Shown one piece after another: positions 11,955-22,500 of a DNA stretch of 64,000 bases. Within the stretch, counting starts at the first letter, position 1; each line of letters starts with the position of its first letter. The DNA lies in the NCBI GenBank assembly GCA_037447605.1, contig CM074805.1, positions 1,955,361 through 2,019,360 on the forward strand, in the 5' to 3' direction. Below the pieces are notes generated by a model. The model was not told the origin of the DNA. It saw only the letters and a list, made by a program, of their open reading frames with translations, and searched no databases. The stretch comes from Zygnema circumcarinatum SAG 698-1b. Lineage: Eukaryota; Plantae; Zygnematophyceae. A program made the translations under genes and the position numbers.

Positions 11955-14790
11955 AAGCTTACAAAGGGCAGCTCCTGAAGCTTTCAGGTGGCCCGCCCCG
12001 TTCGTCCACTTTGACTCTGTAGGCGTTGCTCATGGTCCGCCATTTTTTGCAAAGGCTCACTCTCCCCATTTATCGCTTCACTGGTTTTCATCTTATGCAT
12101 GGCAATTTACTGTGCACTACTATGTTCTCATGTTGTAAGATGTGTCTCTAATGGTGATGCGCTTCTGCACATAGTTCTACCAAAATCCCTGACTCTTCCA
12201 ATCATTGGGGAGATCTCTTGGTCATCTGGTTTTTAAGTGTGCACAGATCAACTGCCCTGCAAATACTCTTGTGGATTGATTGAACACAAGGGTTCAATGC
12301 CTGGGCGAACAACTGATGCGTGTATTGTTGACCGTGTAGGGAGGGTCGGCGGGTTTGTGAGAGATGGAGCTTTGGTATTTAAGAATCTCTGTTGAAACTT
12401 GCAGGTCTGGCACTGATGCCTTTTATGCTAAAGAGGACGGTCATCGTTATCTAAACTGAGGTCGTTTGCAGATACATGTCCCTTGTAACGTATTCGTTAC
12501 TCCCCTGTGCTTCAAGGAGGGAGAGGAGTTTCTGGGCATAAGGAATCCTGTTGGTCCGCGTGGAACTAGCTGCAGAGTCCCCAATGTGACTCTTTTACTT
12601 TTGGGTAACGAAACATCCATGTCCCTGTCAGTAACGTCGTCATCTGGACCAAACACCGATTGTTTGTCCCGTCCGTTAATCGACCTTTGGTTTGAGATAT
12701 TATGGTCAAAGCGATCTCAAGGGTCGCTTTGAATGTTTATAGAAACTGAAACTGTTATGTGAGCAAGTCGCTCTTGCTCAGTGAGCGGACTGCGCTGTTA
12801 GCCATGTCGTGTGGGCACACTACTTGTGAGCCTCCTCTTGCAATGGAGGTCACAGAAATGACATAGACCGCTTCATCTGCTCACCAACATGACATGTGCT
12901 CTAGTACAGAGTGCGGAACAAACTTGTTTCGATGGTATTATTTCTCGACTTTTTATCGCCCTCTTCATTCTTGCGACAGCTGGTTTCAGAGTGGCTATGC
13001 TTAATCAAGATCAAGAAAAGTAAAAAAGTTGCAATCGAAATGCAAGGGTAGCAGAGCATTGCCCTGCAAACAGCTGTGACCATCTCTACCCATGAAGGTT
13101 GGCCAACTGTAACGGAAACCGTGTTACGCTCAAACGTATGCATTGAGTAGGTATCTTTCTGTCCATTGCGACCCTGCTCGCCTACTGCATGTTGATTGAG
13201 TGATAAAGAAACAGGAAAGGGAAAAAAAAGTGATGACTGCGATCAGCGGTGAAGTGTGAACACGGCCACGTGTGAACGGGAGCGCAGTGTGAACGTCTTC
13301 GACTGCGACCGGCGGTGAAGGCCGTTAAGTTAATTTATAATGCAATACACCGGCTTCTTGTCTAAACTGTAATCATTAATACGAAGCAAGGCCTCACAAA
13401 CGAGCGAAGTGAAAGATCACAATTAAAAAAAATAAGAAAAAAAAAATGATTTTCATTTTTTCTTAATCGTGACTTTAGTATTAGTACTAAAATTACAGTC
13501 GTTATACGAAGGCCTTCAGTGGTAGGTATCACACAGCTAAAACCCTAAAAGCCCCCCAAACCCTAAAAGCACGTCTATGGCGCTGCACCTCGTTGGGCAC
13601 CTCTTAACTCGACTACCAAGAAAAAGTGGGAGAGGGAGGAGGGCCTCTTTCCCCCTTTGAGCCCATTCTCCTTCTTCCTCCAAAAGGGCCTTCTTCCTCC
13701 AAAATGGAAGAAAGGAGAGAGAAAGAAGGGAAAAATGGAGAAAGGAGAGAGGAAGAGGAAGGATGAGTGACTGAGCTTCGATGTAAGCTTTCAGAGCAAG
13801 GATTTCCTTGGCGCTGCTGACCAGGAAACCCTAAGAAAACCCTTGCCTTGAGGCTCTGCGCGAGGAACCCTCGCCATCGTGGATTGAAAAGACACACTTC
13901 AGCTATAATAAAACTTATTTATTTTGCAAATCACATTGCGGGACAATGCGGCCCTGCTCACCAATTAATGGCATTCAGACCTCGACCATTCACATTGTGG
14001 GAGAATGCGGCCATGCTCACCTATTGCATGTTAATAAAGTGAAAAAGAAAAGAAAAGGAAGAAAGAGATGAATGGAACCTCCTTTTATGATTCGTACGGT
14101 GTAGTCTATTCTAGAATATATATATTTTTTGTAAAAAGGCAAGTCCGGTATGGTGAACAGTTTTTAACTAGCTGTAAAGAAGCAGGTTGACCCTTGACCT
14201 TGCGCCTTGACCAGGTTGTAAAACGTCTGCATTTTATGAGCTCTGTGAGCGCCCCCATTCATTCCAATCACGTGCAGGTGAGAGCAATCAATCCTGAAAT
14301 GGAGGATCACATACTTTGTGTAACTTTCGGCATTGCTGAAGACAAGGGAGAAAGGGTCTGTAGCTTTTATACACGAAGCATTAGAAACGAGTAAATGATT
14401 CTTTGTCCAAAGCTCCCACAAAACAAAGCACTCCGCGGCCCAGAGAACCCAAATGCCTTATATATCAAACAAACAGTCCGCCCCTGTGCGCACAAACTTC
14501 TATACAGTAAATCCCCCCCACCGCAAAGAATTGGGAACTCCTAAACTCCAGTCCTGCTTCCACTGTCCACACTCTTAAAAAGCCCTAAAATCTGTACAAA
14601 CAGCTCATGCCAAGTGATATTGACGCAAATCCCAAGGGCATAGAAAAAAACCCATCCGTACACTCGCAATGTCTCCCTACCACTTCCTATTCACAAAACC
14701 CAACTTCCCTCCCTCCCAATCTTCCACAAATCCCCATAGAACCTTCTCCCCCCCTCCCCGCTCCTGTTCACGCGCGCGGCCTGAACCCCG

Positions 14791-17083
14791 TCACGGCGGG
14801 ACGGCGCCGACCGCGACGAGCGCCTCCCGCAGCTGCGCCCACCGTTGGTCGGGCCGCCCCGTGTACCCCATCGCGAGGCGGAGCAGCCCCGCGGACACGC
14901 CCGCGCTGCGCCGCTCCGCCGCGCTCAACTCGCTCGAGGTGGACGCCGCGCTGCACGACATCAGCGTCTCGCTGAAGCCCAGACTCACAGCCTGCAGGCA
15001 GACAGGCAGGCACGCAGAGCGAGCAAGGAAGGAAGGGAGGGAGGGAGGGAGGGAGGCTATCAAACTCTGCACTCCTTGTAACGAATGAAAAATTAGTGCA
15101 ATGTTCGATTGGCATGCAGCTCACCATCAAGCCAAACTGACTTCCGTTTTGCAGAAAGCGCATCAAGTCGTGGGCCCGCTCTTGCGTCTCCATGTCGAGG
15201 CAGATAACGCCGCCATAGCCGTAGCCCGGGTTCACGAGCCGCTCCAGCAGCGCATGCTGCGGATGCGAAGGAAGGCCTGGATATATGACTTGCAGGCCGA
15301 GACGCTCGAGCCTCTCCGCGCAGAGGAGAGCTCTGTGAGAGTGCTCTCTCATCCGCAGGCCGAGGTGTGGGAGACGAGAGGAGACTTGGAAAGCTACTTG
15401 GGGATTCATGGTCGCTCCCTAAGGACATGGGAGACAACAAATATTTTTCCAAGAAACCCTGTCAACCAGTTGAATTCTATATGTCGTGTCTTTATGCAGC
15501 AGTGCGATTGCAATCAAGAACGAAGCAAGAGGAGAACTGTACCAGTAGCATGATAGGCCCCTGGTGAAGGTCCATCATCCCCTTCACTAAGTCAGCAGGA
15601 CCACACACACATCCTGCAATTATGTCAGAGGCACCTGCATGTCCTCACAGTGAAACCGCAGTTTTGATGTTAGCCGAGCCTGAGTTTGGCTCATGAATGG
15701 TGTCGAGTGGAGACAAAACAAATATCAAAAAAGAAAGACAGCAGCATTCCATAAAGAGCTCAAAGAAGAGACCCCCCACCATTAATAAACTTGGTGATGC
15801 TGTGGACTACAACATCAGCGCCGTGGCGGGCAGGCGATATAATAACTGGCGTGAAGGTGTTGTCCACTACAAGTTTTATCGCGTGCTTTTTAGCTATGGC
15901 AGCCAGGCTCGGAATGTCCGCTACAACAAGCCTCGGATTGGACACCGTTTCCGTGTAAAGCAGGCGGGTGGAGCCTGGCCGTACGGCCGCTTCAACTTCG
16001 GCGGGATCAGTGATGTCAACAAACGTGGTCTCTATAGCGCTGATGCGCGGAAGAAACTCTGAAAAGAGCGCGTGGGTCCCACCGTACAGCCTGCAATGGG
16101 GAAGCCGCAAAGAGTATGAGGTGGAGCAGGGGCTCCTTTGATAGGATGTTACAGCGCCTCTCCCCATTGAATTGTGTGGAAAGAGCACGACTCAGCACAG
16201 GATGGCAGCTAAAGAGGTCGTTGAAGACTCGCTTTTTTTGAGAAGGATGGAAATCCGGAAGTTAGAGGAGGGGCCGCTCGTTCTTTCACCTGTTAGACGC
16301 CAAAATGTGATCGCCCGCGCTGCAGATCTGCAACACCGCGGATGATATTGCAGCCATGCCGCTGGCTGCCTCCCATGCACACACGAACTAATGAAAAACG
16401 TTCAGAAAAAATAATAACAATAATGGAACAAGAACGGAACAATTAAAAAAAAAAAGATAAGAAAAAAAAAAAAAATCTATATATTACATTGTAGGCAAAA
16501 GATATGCGTTTCAAGCATGCTGCAATTCATGAGAGAAAAAGAAATGGGTTCATATTGAAAAAAACTAACCAGTACAGTAGGCAGCCTCGGTCCCTTCCAG
16601 AGCAGCCAACTGACGGCTGAGAGCTGAAACCGTCGGATTATAATGTCGGCTGTAAAGATAAAAATCTCTATCCGGTCCAAGTTTGCCTTCAAAAATTTTC
16701 GCCATAGTTTCTGGTTCCATGACTGTAAAAGTGGTCGAATTTTCCACCGACATGTTCACTCCCCCATGCTCCCCAAACTCGCGCCGGATGGAAGCCATGG
16801 ACTGGATAGGATCAAATGCGGAAATGTTTTCGAGATCTGAATTTTTTCCGAAATCTCGTGCCGGACCCAAATTGTAAAACTTGTGGTGTACGGAGTCTCC
16901 CGCATTCACGTCTGCTGCCAGCGCCCCGCCATGGCTGCCTGCCTGCTCCACCCCGCTCTCTGATAGAGAGTACTCTTCTGTACGGACACGCTTCGCCTCC
17001 TTGCGGGGCGAAACCGCGTCCAGATTTACCCCAAGTGACGAGGCGGCAGGAGCCGCCGCTGTAAAGTCGGAGGTCCTCTCCAT
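14791..17083 (-). CDS. MGL: Methionine gamma-lyase (plant type, PLP-dependent), 6 exons
   Basis: Exons 17083-16570, 16365-16290, about 16090-15781, about 15635-15543, 15419-15125 and about 14992-14791. Motifs: EFGEHGGVNMS, YSRHYNPTV, ASGMAAIS, VVDNTF, DVVVHSITKFING, LGLRMREHS, YPGLPSHPQH, AVSLGFSETLMSCS. Confidence 0.96.
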
Positions 17084-17713
17084 GGCGGCGAGGAAGCGCC
17101 GCCGAGTCTTCTCCTCCTGCCAAGGCGGGCAATCGAACGCAGGCGTGGAATTCGCAGGCCCTTTTTCCCCTTCTCGGCGAGTGCCAAACAAAGCAGGAAG
17201 AAGCGCTTCACCCTCTTCTCGTCAAAGGCACCTTGATGAACTTTCTTACTTGGGTGCTCACCGGAGGGAGGGGGGGGGCTCCCTCCTTCATAGGGTTGCA
17301 AGGGCCGGCATGGATGGAGGGAGGAGGGAGGAGGGGGAGGGAGGGAGAGAGGAAGCTTCGCCTGCCGGCCACAGGGGGGCGGGAGCGGGGGCGGGCCAGG
17401 GGGGCTGTACCGCCTGCCACTTGGCACGGCCCGCGCCGAGAATGCCGGATGGCTGTCCACTGAGAGGCCGCCACGTTGGCGAAAAAGCGGCGCTTTCATT
17501 TATTCTTGGACGCTTTCAGATGGCGCCACGTGGCGAACCGGCCGGTACACCGACAAAGTTTGGCACTTTTGAGGTGACATGGAGAGCGGTAATTTCGACA
17601 CGTGACGTAAATGCCGTGATGGATGACGCGTGAGTCAGAATGATGGCGTCACTATACATATTGGCCTGACCAATGGCGCGCTTCGTTTACATGTGCGGTG
17701 CGGCGAATTGTTT

Positions 17714-18600
17714 CACAGATCGGACCATTAGACAAACCAGTCGACTGGTTGGCAACCAGTGGTTGCGGACCGAAACAACCATTCGACTGGTTGCCAACCA
17801 GTGGCTCAGGACCGAAACAACCATTCGACTGGTTTGGAACCAGTGGATGCCACTGGTTCGCAACCATTCGACTGGTTGCCAACCAGTGCCGCCGGATCTA
17901 AACAACCATTCGACTGGTTGCCAACCAGTGCTGCCGGATCGAAACAACCATTCGACTGGTTTGGAACCAGTGGCGCAGGACTGAAACAACCATTCGACTG
18001 GTTCGGAACCAGTGATCCAATGGTTGGCAACCATTGAATTTCTGAAATTATGACTTTTTGCAAAAATGGGTCGTATGTGTTTTTTGGTGGGTTGCCAACC
18101 GTTGACAACTAGTGTAACAGGCCTGATGCGTACAGATGCGTACGGATTCGTACAGCGAGTGGTACGGTTGTACAAAGATTCTGTACGGCTGAACCGTAAT
18201 AGTTTTCTCCGAAACGCCGACGGCATTTTGGTAACTGTAGCGTTCAGTTCGCTACAACTAGTGATTTAATGGTTGCCAACCATTTGATTTAATGGATATA
18301 ACCATTCGACTGGTTGCCAACCAGTGCCGCCAGATCGAAACAACCATTCGACTGGTTGCCAACCAGTGGTTGCGGACCGAAACAACCATTCGACTGGTTG
18401 CCAACCAGTGGTTGCGGACCGAAACAACCATTCGACTGGTTGCCAACCAGTGGTTGCGGACCGAAACAACCATTCGACTGGTTGCCAACCAGTGGCATCC
18501 ACTGGTTCCAAACCAGTCGACTGGTTGCCAACCAGTAGACGTCCAACCATTGCCATCCAATGGTTGTCCAATGGTTGCCGATCCACTGGTCCGAACTGTG
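17714..18600 (+). mobile_element. Non-autonomous DNA transposon (887 bp) with 8-bp TSD and CACAG termini (P-like or hAT), carrying two minisatellite arrays
   Basis: TIRs CACAGATCGGACCA (17714) and TGGTCCGAACTGTG (ending 18600), 13/14 match. AATTGTTT flanks both sides (17706-17713 and 18601-18608). Internal 42-bp tandem units. No transposase ORF. Confidence 0.9.
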
Positions 18601-19387
18601 AATTGTTTCCAGAAAAGAAGTTGTGACGGATTTCGTGATTGAACTACGCATGGAGCGTCCATGGAACCTCCGTGGAGGAGGTTTGTAATCGTCCATGCAG
18701 GAGGTGGCCTGGCCGGGAGGCGAAGGGGCGTCTGCACGGACTGGCGTTGGACTCGCTGTGCGCGCAGCCACATGGGGAGCCCAGCTTTTAGAAATTTGAT
18801 ATTTTTTAGGGTTGGTTGGAATGGTGAATATTGTCAGCAGTTGCCAACCTGCTCCTAGTTATGTAAAAAGAGTATTTTGTGATTTCATACCCCCGAAAAA
18901 CTCATGCATTAAGTTTAGGTGGCAGAGGCACTAGTTCCCTTTTTTATAATGACGGGTTGGTTCGTCCAGTGAATTGCTTTTTTTCCAAACTGTAGCTCGA
19001 GGTGCACAGGTCGCAGACTGAGTGATGGCGGAGCGAGTTGAAAAGCTCCCCATGACACCATCACACACTCACAACGCCCCCTGCGAGGCTGCACGCAGAG
19101 CCCATAAGCCCACATTGCCATGGCAGGCGCCATGAGACGAACCGCGAGTGCATGGCACGCCTTTCAGCATGCAACAGTTCCATGCTGCAGGGATCCGCAT
19201 AGCATCAAATAGTTTAGTCCCCCCCCTCCCCCCCCTCCCCCCCCTCCCTCCCTCCCCCCCCGGCCGCGAGCTGCANNNNNNNNNNGGCCGCGAGCTGCAG
19301 GGACCGCACACTCCCCGCTGTACAGTTGGCGCCCCCTCCCTTCATGCCCATGTGCGTCTGCTGCAGCAGCCACGGCCGCCTCTCTAG

Positions 19388-19417
19388 CCCTAACCCTAAC
19401 CCTAACCCTAACCCTAA
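19388..19417 (+). repeat. (CCCTAA)5 telomere-like repeat
   Basis: Five perfect CCCTAA units, just downstream of the CSI1 stop codon. Confidence 0.9.
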
Positions 19418-19585
19418 CGCTGGTCCGCTCATGCGCTTTCAACCCCTCCAGCATGGACAAAAGACCTCACCTCTTTGGGCCTCCGCCAGCCGCTACCTAC
19501 CACCAAATAAAATAACGCAATGGTTAACTCTTATTGCACGTGACCAAAAAAATGACGCAATTTACAATGCCTGCCGCTCTGCGGC

Positions 19586-22500
19586 TCATCTGTTCGCCCA
19601 AACAAACTCAATGTCGAGCGTCCTTTGGCTCCCGTCGCGGTTGTTTTCCGGCTGCAAGACGTAGGTGCCGCTCACAGTGCCCAAGTTGACCACGCGGTCG
19701 ATCTGAATGGTCACCTTCCCCAGGGATCCCTGCATGGCATGATGCACCATAGGTTTGGACTTCAGTGCCCGCTTCCCAAGAGAGAGAGAGAGAGAGCGTG
19801 GGCAGCATGACGTGGCAGGGCTGCAGGCTCACCGTGCCCAGCGCCACTTTGCTCTTGCAGTGGATGTGCAGCTTCTGACCAGTCGGTGGTGCGTCCAGAG
19901 GCCACGAGAAGCCCTGCTTCCACTCGGGCTCGGTCGACTGCTGGACGACCTGAATGCATGCGGCCCGTGAAAAGGTTAAAGGAGCAAAGAGGAGGCATAT
20001 AGGAAAGGTGATCTAATTGCTCAACAGCGAAAGAAGGAAGCAGAGTACGCCACATATCCATGGGGGTCTCAGAAACTGTGGGGACTCGTGAAAAGACAAA
20101 GCCTTAGGAAATCCCCTACCGGCCGAGACACAGTCTGCAATGCACTCACCAAGACCAAAAACTTTCCTAAACTGACAAACACAAGCTATTCCTTTTGTAT
20201 ACCTGCACCTTCTCCCAAGCAAACAAGAAATCATAAGCTTAACTTAAATTACGCCCCTTTCCTGTGCTCCTTCTGGACTTCACGGACACACGCCATCCGC
20301 TCTTTCTTCCAGGACCTCCCGCTAATTTCCAATAGCAAAAAACCCCACCATTTCACCGACCCCATGCAGATGGAAAGATAGTGTCCAACTGGCAACTTCA
20401 GCTTCACACCACCTTCCCTTCCCCTCCCAGGCTTCGTGCTGAAGTGCTTTATACAGTTTTCTGCCTATAAGGGCTCTCACCTTGGTAGTTCGTGGCGCTC
20501 CATCACCCAGCGTCACTTTGCAGAAAGCGTTGGTCTGACCCATCGCGAGCTTTAAGTTGCTGCCCGTCTTTATTGTAACGGAGAGGCTGCCGGGCAGAAC
20601 TGCAAGCAGAGCCTCCGCACGCTCAGAGAGACGCACACCATTTCGAGCTATCAGCTGCAGAACAGGAATGGCTTCTGAACAAGCCATGGCCTGCTGCTTC
20701 GCGAGCTCTTTATTCTTAGTCCACCCCTGACGCAAACTCATCATTGTCTTCAACGCCGCCTCCTGCGCTCGTTCATTCCCAACTTTCATGGCGGCTACCA
20801 GCATAGGAATAGCAGCTGTGGTCTGAGGAGTGGCTCGAAGCCGTGGAAAGCTGTGCAAAAGGGATTCAATTGCGCGCACCACATCTTCGCTCGCTATTCC
20901 TGACTTCAACAGCCCCTTCTCTAGCAACTGGGCAAGGCTTTGTATCAATTCTGGAGTTGCATACTCCTGACAGCTGTTCTCTTTGAACAGCAGCATTATA
21001 AGACCAGCCAACTGATTGGTGAGCTCAAGAGAGGCACCCTCCAGCATCTCTTGCAGAACAGTCACACCGCCCGCACCTGCAAACGCATTCCTGTTAGGCT
21101 TAGACGAGCTAACTAGTGACTGGAGGCAACATATCGCCACCATGTGCAGCTCGTCACTGTCCTCTTCCAATAAGCTCACTAATGCACGGGAGGAGGTCGC
21201 TGCATCCGCTACCTTCGTCAGATTCTCATCTTGGAACAATGCCCCAAGAGCCAAAGCTATGAGCAACTTTGCTCCGAGATCTTTGGATTCTGGATCAAGT
21301 AGATAAGTAGACAGTGGAGCAATGGCTCGCGATGCATGAAGCGTCTTGCGCACTTTCTGTGAATTAAAAATAGCTTCCAGCAGTCTCGCACTCTCGTTCT
21401 CCACCTGATGAGACCCCAATAGCTCCAAAAGTGCCTCTACCACACCTGCCTCCGCCATCTGCTCTGCCCGAGAGGGCTCTTGCTTCTCCATGGTCAACAA
21501 CGCCGCCAATGCCCCCAGCTGAATGGGCTCAATGTTCGAAGTAAGAAGCCGAACTAACACCGGCATGGGCACCTGCGCATAGTACTTATCCCACGACTGC
21601 AGCACGTTTGTCAGCACTGTCGCCGCAGACTGCCATACAGGCTGTCCTGCTGTTGCCACAAGGCGGGAGAGTTCCACGATTCCATTAGCATCGGCGATGG
21701 CAATGGGCCAAGAGGCAGAGACGCAAGCCAAGGCCTGAAGACTTTCATTCTGAAGGCTTTCGAGTTCGCTCGCTAGGAGACGAACAAGGGGCGCGCAGAG
21801 CTGCTCTACGACGGGATCTTTCTGAAAACTCTCTTGGCTCACCAAATGGGCTGTCAGATTTGCTGCCAGCTGCTGGACAACCGGGAATGGGGAGGAGAGA
21901 AGAGGGGCCAAAGGAGCAAGAGCTTCAGCAGGCTCAAGGTGGAGAGCAGGAAGGCGATCAGCTTGAGAGACAAGGTTCGACAGGGCTTGCAAGGCAGAGT
22001 TCTGAGCTCCGGGATTCAGGTCTGGACGTTGTAGCACCATAAAAAGGGGAGCTGCAGCCTTTGCCGCTGCAGCACCCCTTGCAATGCTGGGATTGTTGGT
22101 AAGCACACGCATGAGTTCCACAAATAACGCTGCCAGGGGACTGCTCGCTTTCGAAAAAAGGGCCAGTATCCGTTCCACCACTCCTGCAGAAGCCATCTGC
22201 AGTTTGCATAACCTGCGGTCCTTCGCCAGCTTAAGTAGTGCTGAGGTGACAGTGGCATGCAGGCCAGGGCGGTCGCCTTCCAGAAGGTTCACAAGGGGCC
22301 CTACTGCCCCGCTAGCTGACACTTTCTCTGATTGGGGCTCGTCCTCCAAAATGGTATCAATCGCTGCAGCTGCACGATATTGCAGGCCAGTAGATGATTG
22401 AGATAACATGGACACAAGAGGCGCTATAGCGGCAGTCGCTGCGGGAGAAGATCGGATGCGGGGCAAGCCACAAAGGACCCGGAGAAGCTCAACGCAGTCT

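Noticed and set aside
12447-13143. Short ORFs between BZW and the telo-box island
   Set aside because: I could not build a consistent splice model or recognise any domain.
13230-13330. Possible C/D snoRNA (GTGATGA box C)
   Set aside because: No CTGA box D at a suitable distance and no terminal stem.
17740-18570. CRISPR-like look: palindromic 32-bp repeats separated by variable segments
   Set aside because: The spacers are only about 10 bp and related to each other, the arrays lie inside a TIR/TSD-bounded element, there are no cas genes, and the context is eukaryotic.
17652-18773. Many overlapping ORFs with 14-aa repeats, also at 57554-58432
   Set aside because: They are translations of the 42-bp minisatellite and are open in several frames on both strands.
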